Assembly: GCA_002269645.1 (NCBI GenBank)
Contig: NIVC01001236.1
Span: forward strand, 1-64,000
Reading direction: 5' to 3'
Source of the DNA: Macrostomum lignano
Taxonomy: Eukaryota
DNA length: 64,000 nucleotides
A program made the position numbers and the translations under genes. Position 1 is the first letter of the stretch. Each line of letters opens with the position of its first letter. This document shows positions 1-13,975 of the stretch, in pieces. The notes under the pieces are model-generated. The model worked only from the letters and a program-made list of their open reading frames with translations. It had not been told where the DNA came from and ran no database searches.

Positions 1-559
1 TGTAAAGTATATATTGTTTTGCCTTTAGCAGACTGCAAAGAACTTGAGCGAATCGCAGCGCACGGGGTTGACAGCTACAAATATTATTTGATTTATTTTA
101 GCCTTAAAGACAGAAATAAAATAAAAGCTTAATAAAGCAGACTTTGTGTTTTTTAATTCACTACTAGAAGTAGCGCTGTAATCAAAGTATTATCGAATGA
201 AATTAAACAAAATTAATGCTTGGATGCACTGGGCTCCGGTCCCTGCCCTCACTGCTTGCCTAACTCAGAATAAATATTTGAAAAATCATACAGCAGGCTA
301 TGAAAAAAATACATTCCGAAAAACTCGGAGCAAATTTAGCAATTATCGAGCTAACAAAGGACAGCGGATACATGACAGAAATGAACATATTTTGATATCA
401 ATCATATAAATAGAGCTGTGCTGAATCCATTTTCTTATCAACATATACGAAGTGTCTAAAAAGTGATCTCACTTCTCTTTTCACTTATCTAGTTTCGCTA
501 ATCTCATATTTTATGTCTCATCGAACTCTTTAATCCCAGCAAACACTCTGATTACACAA

Positions 560-800
560 TCACTATCTATCTCTTTCTCTAATCTTACCTACTCTTATCT
601 ATCCCAGTTTCTAATCTCTCGCCTATTATCTATCTCACCCTCTAATCTCACCTTCTCTTATCTATCACAGTCTCATATCTCGCCTATTATCTATCTCGCC
701 CTCTAATCTCATCTCCTCTTATCTAACTCTCTCTAATCTCATCTCTTATCTATCCCACTCTCTAATCTCACTTCCACTCATCTATTTCACTCTCTGATTT
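560..800. repeat. Degenerate ~40-bp pyrimidine-rich tandem repeat (ctctaatctc...cttatctatc)
   Basis: Recurring ctctaatctc and ttatctatc blocks, downstream of the ZMPSTE24 stop. Confidence 0.65.
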
Positions 801-942
801 CATCCAATCTCCATCCCTGTGCTAAGCAGTTTCAGGCACACCTATAAGTGTCGGCAGAGGGCAGTTAAAGAATCTATATAAAGTATGGCTACAGACGGCC
901 TCCCTACGGAATGAAATCCAAGAAACGGCACTGAGACTCCCC

Positions 943-3651
943 CTATTTAGTCTTGGCCTCGTCCTCGGCCTCGGCCTGATCAATAGCGGCCAGCCGGTGC
1001 AGCACAGTGGGGTGCGAGTGATTGAAAGCGCTGTACAGCGGGTCAAACAGCGGTAGGACAGGTTGTCCGTGTGCAGTTTAATTAGCGCCGTCTTCAGCTG
1101 CTGGCCAAAGCCCAGCCTCACTGAGAATCGGTCGGCCTAAGTTTGAAAAAAGAATGAAATTTTATAAGCAATTATATGAATGGCTACTGCTAGTAGTAAA
1201 AGCTGAGGAGATGAAGAAGAGGTACAGTGGTGAGAGGGAGGAGAGAGACAGGGAGAAAAGGGAGGGGGAGAGGGAGAAGAGGGAGAGGGAGACTGGAGAG
1301 GGAGAAGAGGGAGGGGGAGAGGGAGAAGAGGGAGAGGGAGAAGAGGGAGAGGGAGACTGGAGAGGGAGAAGAGGGAGGGGGAGAGGGAGAAGAGGGAGAG
1401 GGAGAAGAGGGAGAGGGAGAAGAGGGAGAGGGAGGACTGGAGAGGGAGAAGAGGGAGGGGGAGAGGGAGAAGAGGGATAGGAGAAGAGGGAGAGGGAGAA
1501 GAGGGAGAGGGAGACTGGAGAGGGAGAAGAGGAGGGGGAGAGGGAGAAGAGGGAGAGGGAGAAGAGGGAGAGGGAGAAGAGGGAGAGGGAGACTAGAGAG
1601 GGAGAAGAGGGAGAGGGAGGAGAGGGAGGGGAGAGGGAGGAGAGGGAGAGGGAGAAGAGGGAGAGGGAGGAGAGGGAGAGGAGAGAGGGAGGATGGGGGA
1701 TAGAGAGCAAGAGGTTGAGCAGCGGCGAGCGCACCTGGAACTCGAACAGGCGGGTGAGGCAGATCATGGCGAAGCGAGCAGCTCATTGTATGGCGACAGC
1801 AGGAACTCCAGCACGAAGGCCAGCCGGAGCAGCAGCGGCGCCGGCTGCTGGAAGCCGAAGGCGGCGAACGCAGAGTGGCAGTTAAGGAGCTGGCCGAAGG
1901 CGAAGAACATGAGGAACAGGTTGACCTCGCTGATGAAAATGTTGGACACGTTGTGGCCAGAGACCAGTGGCCCAGCTCGTGACCCAGCACGGCCAGAATC
2001 TCATCATCGTTGCAGCCCTTCTTGGCCTCCTTTTCCTTTTCCTCGCCGGCTGCAGAATCCGGTTCCGCTTTCGCCTCGTCGCTTTCTCTCACCCTGGCCT
2101 TCGGCGGCCTTCTCCTTCTCCCGTTTTTCCCGCTCCTTCTCCTCCTTTCCTTCACGACTGCATCTGGTAGCCTTCGATTAGGGTGTCGAACAGCACAATG
2201 CGCTTGCTGCGCCACAGCCCGAATAAGTAGGCGTTGCTATGGGCGAGCGGCGCGAACCCTCGATCACCTGCGGGGAGGTGCCGGCGCATTCTGAGTGAAC
2301 TCCTCGCGGCTGACGGCCTCTCACCAGCCGGCGGCTCTCATTCACTCTCACCCACCCCACCCTACTCTTACCCAAACCTACTCTCACCACCCCAACCTAC
2401 TCTTACCCACCCCAACCTACTCTTACCCACCCAACCTACTCTTACCCACCCCAACCTACTCTTACCCACCCCAACCTACTCTTACCCACCCCAACCTACT
2501 CTTACCCTCCCCAACTACTCTTACCCACCCCAACCTACTCTTACCCTCCCCAACCTACTCTTACCCACCCCAACCTACTCTTACCCACCCAAGCCACTCT
2601 CACACTCCCCAAGCTACTCTCACCCACCCCAAGGCACTCTCACCACTCCAAGCCGCTGTCACCAACCCCAAGCCGCTGTCACCCATCACAAGCCACTGTC
2701 ACCCACCCCAAGCTACTCTCACCTACCTCAAGCCAATGTCATCCACCCAAGCCTCGCACCCGCCTGTCACCCACACCCGAGCTCTAACCCCACTCCATGC
2801 AATTGAGTGTTCTCAGTTAACCGCATTCGCCCAACCGTCTCACCAGCAGCTGGGTCAGCGGGAACTCCAGCCGCTTAGCCAGATCTTCAATGCGCTGCTT
2901 CAGCTGGCCTCGCGCAGCGGCTCGTACGTGTCAAACAGGGGCGCAATGAAGCTGGGTACACCAGCATGAGAACGAAAATCACAACGGAGGCCAGAAGCCA
3001 GGCGTACACGTAGAAGTACGGCCCGCCACGCTCGATCAGCCAGAGCAGGGCGGCGGCGATCGGCAGGCCGATGGCCATGCTCAGCAGCAGGCTCTTAAGC
3101 TGGTCCTTGGCGTAGAAACCCGGTGTCTGCTTGTTGAAGCCGTGCCTGGCCTCCAGCACGAAGTTCTTGTACACCGACCAGGGCAGGTCGATTAGGAAGG
3201 ACAGCAGCATGACGTACACCAGGAACACCATCGACTGCGGCAGCTGGCCGCGGCTGGCATCAGGCCCGGCCAGGCTGTCCAGATGGCGGCCGGCCACGGC
3301 CCACAGGCGGGGCATGAGCTCGGCTAGCAGGATGAAGGTGAACAGGAGCTGCGACCAGAGGCCGCGGACAGCACTGTACCGGCTCTTGTCGATGCTGTAG
3401 GCCCGGGCCTTGGCGTAGGTCTGGTCGTCCGTAAGCTGCCGGGCGGCCTCGGGCAGCTGAGGCGAGTCGCGCATGAGTTTGTACTGCCGCCAGGCCAGGT
3501 AGTTCTCCCACAGGTAGGTGAGCCAGAAGAAGCCAAGGACACCGCAGAAGATTCGCTCCGGGGCCACGGAGTTCAGCCAGCTGGAAAGGGCGCTCTGCTG
3601 GTCGGCGGCGACGGGGTCGGGCATGGCCGGCTGCGGGGACGGTTTATGCAT
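943..3651 (-). CDS. ZMPSTE24: CAAX prenyl protease 1 (Ste24/ZMPSTE24, peptidase M48); 3 exons, carries about 7 single-base frameshifts (assembly error or decaying copy)
   Basis: Exons complement(943..1136,1735..2267,2844..3651), GT-AG junctions (CTG|GTGAGA, CAG|GTGCGC). Recognisable motifs: N-terminal ...EARHGFNKQT, IAPLFD, VIEGSRRS.HSNAY, KRIVLFDTL, zinc motif EILAVLGHELGHW, FEFQ|AD, LYSAFNHSHP. Frame must be restored at about 2955, 2908, 2243, ~2157, 1957, ~1778 and ~1055; 1535 nt + 7 = 514 codons. Start is ATG 3651 or ATG 3624 (GCCATG). Confidence 0.93.
1225..1695. repeat. GA-rich polypurine tandem repeat in ZMPSTE24 intron 2
   Basis: (gagggagaagaggga)-type units; explains the low-complexity ORFs at 1154-1767. 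Confidence 0.9.
2350..2770. repeat. 20-bp minisatellite (tcttacccaccccaacctac) in ZMPSTE24 intron 1, degenerating rightwards
   Basis: Period 19-20 visible from 2360 to 2590. Confidence 0.9.
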
Positions 3652-4494
3652 AAGCTTGAGTGCCTACTCACGAGTAGTGCTGTGAGGTTCTCATGTCAGG
3701 TTGAGTTGCGCCTTTGAGCTTGTATTTGCTATCGTATTCCACCTGTTTGATCACGTGCTCTCTGTGCACTTTAACCTCTGACCTTTAGGAGTTACCGTAA
3801 ATTCGCAGCTCTTACATTGGTGGCAGCCCAGAACGCTCTGTCAGCGGCAGAGTTTAGTGGCACGGACTCAAGGCACAACTCAACCTCACACGCAAATCGC
3901 ACAATGCAATCATTTTGAGTGCCAATAAGACGAGAAGTGAATCACGGTTTTAGAATCAGGAATAAAGGACAAGAACTGCTGGTCTGCACATGCTCTTGGT
4001 CAAAACTGGGCAACTCGCTGGGAGTTACAAAGAAATGACGGTGTATTTAATATTCCGCTCAAGGTATAAAGACTCAAATAAGCTTGCTAATATCTCCCAG
4101 TCAGAAGCATTTTGCATCTAAATCTGAAAACAATTTCTAGAATTATGAATAGTGTCTATTAATACTTACTCTTTTACTGATCTGAAAGAGTTAATGAAAA
4201 TGAATACGAATGTACTTACAGAAATAATGACAACTCAGTGATTGATAGCTAAACAAATTTAAGGCACAAAAATTCTCTATTTCGCGAACATGAAGCTCTG
4301 AAATTCCGCAAATGAAAGATTATTCTAAGCAAGTCTGATTAGCACTTGCTGAATCGCAATATACGAGTACTAATGCTGCAGTTGCACTGTGGAATGAATA
4401 CATGTAGATCAGGTCTGATTCTTAAGGTCAAATAAAAAAGCGGGGTCAATCAAGGTTACGGCAGTTTTAATAGGATCACCAAATTTTACGCCAG

Positions 4495-4735
4495 TTTAAT
4501 CAGGGGTCAGCTAAGGTCAAACCAGTTAAAACAGGGTCAGCTAAGGTCAAGCCAGTTAAAACAGGGTCAGATAAGATCAAGCCAGTTAAAACAGGGGTCA
4601 GATAAGGTCAAGCCAGTTAAAACAAGGGTCAGCTAAGGTCAAGCCAGTTAAAACAGGGGTCAGCTAAGGTCAAGCCAGTTAAAACAGGGGTCAGCTAAGG
4701 TCAAGCCAGTTGATAAAGGGTCAGCTAAGGTCATC
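4495..4735. repeat. ~30-bp minisatellite (ggtcagctaaggtcaagccagttaaaacag) downstream of the AMDHD2 stop
   Basis: About 7-8 units of 30-31 bp. Confidence 0.88.
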
Positions 4736-4801
4736 ATGAAACTAGAAACCAGGGTGGCAACCGGGTCAGCCAAGGTCGCATCTGTTAACCTAGTCTGCTC
4801 A

Positions 4802-7039
<2,238 letters not shown>

Positions 7040-7057
7040 CTGGAACACTTCAGGTGG

Positions 7058-7990
7058 TAATTAGCATCTAGCTGCCACCTAATTAGCATCCAGCTGCCAC
7101 CTAAATAGCATCCAGCTGCGACCTAATTAGCATCTATCTGCCACCTAATTAGCATCCAGCTGCCACCTAATTAGCATCCAGCTGCCACCTAATTAGCATT
7201 CAGCTGCCACCTAATTAGCATCTACATGTATCTGCCACCTAATTAGCATTCAGCTGCCACCTAATTAGCATCCAGCTGCCACCTAATTAGCATTCAGCTG
7301 CCACCTAATTAGCATCTACATGTATCTGCCACCTAATTAGCATCCAGCTGCCACCTAATTAGCATTCAGCTGCCACCTAATTAGCATTCAGCTGCCACCT
7401 AATTAGCATCTACATGTATCTGCCACCTAATTAGCATCCAGCTGCCACCTAATTAGCATTCAGCTGCCACCTAATTAGCATCTACATGTATCTGCCACCT
7501 AATTAGCATCTAGCTGCCACCTAATTAGCATCCAGCTGCCACCTAATTAGCATCCAGCTGCCACCTAATAAGCATTCAGCTGCCACCTAATTAGCATCTA
7601 CATGTATCTGCCACCTAATTAGCATCTATCTGCCACCTAATTAGCATCTATCTGCCACCTAATTAGCATCTATCTGCCAGCTAATTAGCATCCAGCTGTC
7701 ACCTAATTAGCATCTATCTGCCACCTAAATAGCATCCAGCTGCGACCTAATTAGCATCTATCTGCCACCTAATTAGCATCCAGCTGTCACCTAATTAGCA
7801 TCTATCTGCCACCTAATTAGAATCCAGCTGTCACCTAATTAGCATCTATCTGCCAACCAATTAGCATCCAGCTGTCACCTAATTTAGCATCTATCTGCCA
7901 ACTAATTAGCATCTATCTGCCACCTAATTTAGCATCTATCTGCCAACTAATTAGCATCTATCTGCCAACTATTTAGCACCTAGCTGCAAT
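7058..7990. repeat. 22-bp minisatellite (gccacctaattagcatccagct) immediately upstream of the AMDHD2 first acceptor
   Basis: About 40 units, with variants catccagct/cattcagct/catctatct/catctacatgtatct. Confidence 0.95.
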
Positions 7991-8324
7991 CTAATTTGTT
8001 TCTAGCTGACTTATTTAGCTATTTTGATTGAAGCCAAAAACACCAAAAAGCAAAGTAAACAAAGTTGCATTTCAGATCATAAAATCCATTATTTATGTAT
8101 CAGATATATATGCATATAAAGTTACTCAAGTAGTCAACAACTATGGATTGTAAAAAGAAGATAGAACTACAATAGAAGATAAGTGTGTAAAAATTGAATT
8201 ATCACAGCCGTTTTTTATGCATCAGAGAGTCACTACAGTGAATATGGTAAGCATGCAATAAGGCGAATTGAGACTGATATTGCAGAAGCTTAGCAAAGAA
8301 AGTCGGGTACTGATCCGTTAAGAC

Positions 8325-8810
8325 CTAGGTGCTCATTCTTTGAGATCTGGGTGCTTATTCCTTGAGATCTGGGTGCTCATTCCTTGAGATCTGGGTGCTC
8401 ATCCTTTGAGATATGGGTGCCCATTCCTTGAGATCTGGGTGCTCATTCCTTGAGATCTGAGTGCTCATTCTTTGAGATCTGAGTGCTCATTCCTTGAGAT
8501 TTGGGTGCTCATCCTTTGAGATCTGAGTGCTCATTCTTTGAGATCTGGGTGCTCATCCTTTGAGATCTTGCTGCTCATCCTTGAGATCTGAGTGCTCATT
8601 CTTTGAGATCTGAGTGCTCATTCCTTGAGATCTGGGTGCTCATTCCTTGAGATTTGGGTGCTCATCCTTTGAGATCTGAGTGCTCATTCTTTGAGATCTG
8701 GGTGCTCATCCTTTGAGATCTTGGTGCTCATCCTTGAGATCTGGGTGCTCAATCTTTTGAGATCTCAGTGCTCATTCTTTGAGATCTGAGTGCTCATTCT
8801 TTGAGATCGC
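8325..8810. repeat. 22-bp minisatellite (tgagatctgggtgctcattcct) directly after the DDX39-like stop
   Basis: About 22 units. Confidence 0.95.
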
Positions 8811-8824
8811 GGTAAGCGGTCAGT

Positions 8825-11800
8825 CTATTCAGCATCCTGATATTCGTCATCAACCACAGCTTCATCAGCAGCCCGATTCGGCTCCACAGCAAAGAAAATC
8901 ACTCCAGTGCGTGGCTGGGCGTCTCCACCCGCAGCAGGCGGCAAATAGTCGCATACGTGAACTGTGGCGGGCAGGTGCGCTATTTGCATACAGAATCTGG
9001 ACTCCGCCTCATTCAACACATGCGCCTCCGAGTCCGGCTCCTGCAGCGTCAGGGCGAGTCCGCGGCTTCCGAAGTGTGCAGCACGGCCGATCTGTGAATA
9101 AAAAAGTTGAGAAAGCTATTGGTGTTTGTGAGCATCTGATTCTCAAAGCTCGTTTAAGGGCGAGTCTATAATTTTTTAAGGTCGATTCTAAGAATATGGT
9201 TAATGGTCGATTCTAGAAACAGTTTTAGAGCGATTCTAAAAATGCCTTGAATGAAGTGCTGAGAATTATTTAATGACGATTCTAAGATTTTTTTACGTGC
9301 GATCCTAAGAATTATCTAAAGGCGATTTAAAAACAATTTAAGGGCGATTCTAAGAAAGGGTTTTAAAGGCGATTCAAAGAAAGGGTTTGAGGGCGAGTCT
9401 AAGAAAGGGTTTAATGGTGATTCTAAGAAAGGGTTTGAGGGCGATTCTAGGAAAGGGTTTAATGACAATTCCAAGAAAGGGTTTGAGGGCAATTCTAAGA
9501 AAGGGTTTCAGGGAGATTCTAAGAAAGGGTTTGAGGGCGATTCTAGGAAAATGTTGGAGGGTGAGTCTAAGAAAGGGTTTAATGGTGATTCTAGGAAAGA
9601 GTTTGAGGGCGATTCTAAGAATGTTTTGAGGGCGATTCTAGGAAAGGGTTTAATGACAATTCCAAGAAAGGGTTTGAGGGCAATTCTAAGAAAGGGTTTC
9701 AGGGAGATTCTAAGAAAGGGTTTGAGGGCGATTCTAAAAAAGGTTTTACGGAGATTCTAAGAAGGTTTAAGGGAGATTCTAAGAAACAGTTTAAGAGCGA
9801 TTCTAAAAATGGTTTAAGAGCGATTCTAAGAATGATTCAAGGGCGAGTCTAAAGCTGGTTAAAGTGTGATTCTAAATATGCTTTGAATGAAGTGCTGGGA
9901 ATAATCTATTAATGGCTATTCTAAGAATGTGACAGACTAGCTGACTTTCAAAATTCTCTAACTGCTCACCCTGTACAGGTAGAGACCCGGGTCCGCAGGC
10001 AGACAGTAGTTAATAACTACGCCGACCCGTTGAAACTGCAGACCAAAGGCGTACAAATCCGTGCTGATTAGAATGCGCCGCTTGCAATTCCTGAACAGCC
10101 GGTAGTTCTCCATCCGGCTGGCCTGGCACAGGTCCCCGTGCGCCGCCAGCGCTGACAGGCCGCGAGATTTCAGGAATTTCTCCAGACTGTCGCACTGGCG
10201 CGGGGAATTGACAAATACGATTGCCTGCGGAGGTTTGCAGTGGCTCAATGAAATGAGTCACCACGATTAGAAGTAGGCAGAATGCCAACTCCCCAGATTA
10301 TCACTAAAGCCAGGTGCACCTGTTCAAACTCGAGTACTCGCAACAGCTTCAGCAGCCGAGCATTCTTAGCTCTGTAGCCGCAGTCTGCAATCGGCACGCG
10401 ATACTGCAGGAGGCTGTGCGGAGCCAGCTGAGCCTCATCGCTCAGGCACAGCTCATGCGGATTCTGCATCAGCTCCAGGCACTGCTGCCGCATCTGTGAG
10501 GTTTAGGAAATATAAGTATTACCTGCCTGTGTGGCTTACTGTGTGTTTGTGTCTGTCTCGGTGTCTGTCAGTCAGTCAGTCAGTCAGTCAGTCAGTCAGT
10601 CAGTCAGTCAGTCAGTCAGTCAGTCAGTCAGTCAGTCAGTCAGTCAGTCAGTCAGTCAGTCAGTCAGTCAGTCAGTCAGTCAGTCAGTCAGTCAGTCAGT
10701 CAGTCAGTCAGTCAGTCAGTCAGTCAGTCAGTCAGTCAGTCAGTCAGTCAGTCAGTCAGTCAGTCAGTCAGTCAGTCAGTCAGTCAGTCAGTCAGTCAGT
10801 CAGTCAGTCAGTCAGTCAGTCAGTCAGTCAGTCAGTCAGTCAGTCAGTCAGTCAGTCAGTCAGTCAGTCAGTCAGTCAGTCAGTCAGTCAGTCAGTCAGT
10901 CAGTCAGTCTGTCTGTCAGGCCCGGCACTCACAGCCGCACTGATGGTGGTGCAGCACATGAGAACCTGCCGATCGGGTGGTGCCAGCAGCAGCGCCTGCA
11001 CCGCCTCATCGCGCAGCAGCAGCTGGTCGCAGTCGTCCAGCATAACAATTCGCAGCTGGTCGGTGCGCAGGTGACCCCGGCGTGCCAAGTCCAGCAGGCG
11101 GCCAGGCGAGCCGACTGCGATGTCCGGCCGGGAGGCAGCAGCGGCAGCGTCTCGTCTTGATGAAAAAAGCGATGGGAGTGCATCGTCTCAATTGCATGTC
11201 TGAGATGCGTAAACCAAGCCTGCATACTTTGCATATCAAGTACCTTTCCGAGCCTTCAGGTACCTTTTGACACAGCAAAACACAGAGTTTCCCAGAATTG
11301 AGATGAGTTCCAAGCATCCAGCTGAGTTCCCAAGCATTGAGATGAGTTCCAAGCATCCAGCTGAGTTCCCAAGCAATGAGATGAGTTCGAAGCATTGAGA
11401 TGAGTTCCAAGCATCCAGCTGAGTTCCCAAGCATTGAGATGAGTTCCAAGCATCCAGCTGAGTTCCCAAGCATTGAGATGAGTTCGAAGCATTGAGATGA
11501 GTTCCAAGCATCCAGCTAAGTTCCCAAGCATTGAGATGAGTTCCAAGCATTGAGATGAGTTCCAAGCATCCAGCTAAGTTCCCAAGCATTGAGATGAGTT
11601 CCAAGCATCCAGCTAAGTTCCCAAGCATTGAGATGAGTTCCCAAGCATTGAGATGAGTTCCAAGCATTGAGATGAGTTCCAAGCATCCAGCTAAGTTCCC
11701 AAGCATTGAGATGAGTTCCAAGCATCCAGCTGAGTTCCCAAGCATTGAGATGAGTTCGAAGCATTGAGATGAGTTCCAAGCATCCAGCTAAGTTCCAAGC

Positions 11801-13975
11801 ATCCAGCTAAGTTCCCAAGCATTGAGATGAGTTCCAAGCATCCAGCTAAGTTCCCAAGCATTGAGATGAGTTTCCAAGCTTTGAAATGAGTTTCTCAAGC
11901 ATCCAGCTGAGTTTCCAAGCATTAAGATGAGTTTCTCAAGCATCCAGCTGAGTTTCCAAGCATTAAGATGAGTTTCTCAAGCATCCAGCTGAGTTTCCAA
12001 GCATTAAGATGAGTTTCTCAAGCATCCAGCTGAGTTTCCAAGCATTGAGATGAGTTTCCAAGCATTAAGATGAGTTTCCAAGCATTGAGATGAGTTTCCA
12101 AGCATTAAAATGAGTTTCCAAGCATTAAGATGAGTTTCCAAGCATTGAGATGAGTTTTCAAGCATTAAGATGAGTTTCCAAGCATTAAGATGAGTTCCCA
12201 AGCATTGAGATGAGTTTCCAAGCATCCAGCTGAGTTTCCAAGCATCCAGTTGAGTTTCGAAGCATCGGATGAGTTTCCAAGCATCCAGTTGAGTTCCCAA
12301 GCATTGAGATGAGTTTCTCAAGCATCCAGCTGAGTTTCCAAGCATTAAAATGGTTTTCCAAGCATTGAGATGAGTTTCCAAGCATTAAAATGAGTTTCCA
12401 AGCATTAAGATGAGTTTCCAAGCATTGAGATGAGTTTCCAAGCATTGAGTTGAGTTTCCAAGCATTGAGATGAGTTTCTCAAGCATCCAGCTGAGTTTCC
12501 AAGCATTGGGATAAGTTTCCAAGCATTAAAATGAGTTCCCAAGCATTGAGATGAGTTCCAAGCATCCAGCTGAGTTCCCAAGCATTGAGATGAGTTCCAA
12601 GCATTGAGATGAGTTCCAAGCATCCAGCTGAGTTCCCAAGCATTGAGATGAGTTCCAAGCATCCAGCTGAGTTCCCAAGCATTGAGATGAGTTCCAAGCA
12701 TTGAGATGAATTCCAAGCATTGAGATGAGTTTCCAAGCATTGAGATGAGTTTCTCAAGCATCCAGCTGAGTTTCCAAGCATTGAGATGAGTTTCTCAAGC
12801 ATCCAGCTGAGTTTCCAAGCATTGGGATAAGTTTCCAAGCATTAAAATGAGTTCCCAAGCATTGAGATGAGTTCCAAGCATCCAGCTGAGTTCCCAAGCA
12901 TTGAGATGAGTTCCAAGCATCCAGCTGAGTTCCCAAGCATTGAGATGAGTTCCAAGCATTGAGATGAGTTCCAAGCATTGAGATGAGTTCCAAGCATTGA
13001 GATGAGTTTCCAAGCATTGAGATGAGTTTCTCAAGCATCCAGCTGAGTTTCCAAGCATTGAGATAAGTTTCCAAGCATTAAGATGAGTTTCCAAGCATTG
13101 AGATGAGTTTCCAAGCATCCAGTTGAGTTCCCAAGCATTAAGATGAGTTTCCAAGCATTAAGATGAGTTTCCAAGCATTAAGATGAGTTTCCAAGCATTA
13201 AGATGAGTTTCCAAGCATTAAGATGAGTTCCCAAGCATTGAGATGAGTTTCCAAGCATCCAGCTGAGTTTCCAAGCATCCAGTTGAGTTTCGAAGCATCG
13301 GATGAGTTTCCAAGCATCCAGTTGAGTTCCCAAGCATCATGATGAGTTTCCAAGCATCCAGCTGAGTTTCCAAGCATTGAGATGAGTTTCCAAGCATTCA
13401 GCAGAGTTTTAAGGCATCCAGTCGAGTTTTGCAGCATCGCGGTACACTTTTAAGCATTCAGCTATCTTATACAGCCTTCTAAAGCGCCAATAAACAATCT
13501 GAAGACATCCGTAGCATCTCACTCAAGAAGCCCAAATAACTCAATCAGCCAGCTACCTGCCCGGAGCGCCACCGAGGAATTCGGCAACTCGCGGCCGACG
13601 TCCCGGACAGCGAGAGGAGAGGCAGCGCAGCTGTCGGACAGTCTGCACAGCCAGCTCCCGACTGTGACAGAGCACCAGAGCGCGAGTGGCGACAGAATTC
13701 CCCTCCAAATCAGCGGAGGCTGGGCTGAGCCTTTTGGCTTCATCAATCAGCGTCAGCAATCGCTGGGTGACGGCCACAGCGCAGGCGGTTGACTTGCCGC
13801 TGCCGGACGGCGCCTGGCATAGCAGATCGGCGCCAGACAGCGCCAGAGAGATGCAGCGCGCCTGAATAGCGCCGGGGCGCGCATAGCCGAGCTCGTCGCG
13901 TATGGCCCTGAGCAGACGCGCCGAGCTGAGCAGGTCGGCGAACTCTGTCGGGCTGCCGCCGCAGGTCTCAGTTGC
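8825..13975 (-). CDS. DDX39B-like: Divergent DDX39/UAP56-family DExD-box helicase paralog; 5 exons, no own ATG, catalytic motifs degenerate
   Basis: Exons complement(8825..9091,9970..10224,10320..10493,10933..11155,13557..13975) = 1338 nt, 446 codons, no frameshift. Colinear with UAP56: Q motif RPGAIQ, motif I APSGSGKS, Ia LCHSRELA, FLGG, GSPGRLL, II LDDCDQLL, LMQNP..L...QL..HSLLQY, FEQ|AIVFVNS, RRILIST, YLYR|IGRAAHFG. The 5' boundary (AAG|GCA at 13975) is less certain than the internal junctions. Confidence 0.88.
9170..9900. repeat. ~24-bp minisatellite (gggcgattctaagaaagggtttga) in DDX39-like intron 4
   Basis: Recurring gattctaagaa core with degenerate flanks. Confidence 0.9.
10567..10908. 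repeat. Near-perfect (TCAG)n microsatellite in DDX39-like intron 2
   Basis: About 85 units. Confidence 0.98.
11285..13440. repeat. 19-21-bp two-variant minisatellite (caagcattgagatgagttc / caagcatccagctgagttcc) filling DDX39-like intron 1
   Basis: About 2.1 kb of interspersed unit variants; explains the MLGNS.. ORFs. Confidence 0.95.

Noticed and set aside
1154-1767. Arg/Gly/Glu-rich and Ser/Pro/Leu-rich ORFs
   Set aside because: They derive from the GA-rich intronic repeat.
8240-8275. Spliced-leader RNA gene (minus-strand ctcaatt...ttattgcatg resembles a flatworm SL 3' end)
   Set aside because: The match is short and gapped, it is followed by CT rather than a GT donor, and I saw no Sm site.
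11006-13437. MLGNS/WELS ORF family
   Set aside because: These are minisatellite translations in DDX39-like intron 1.
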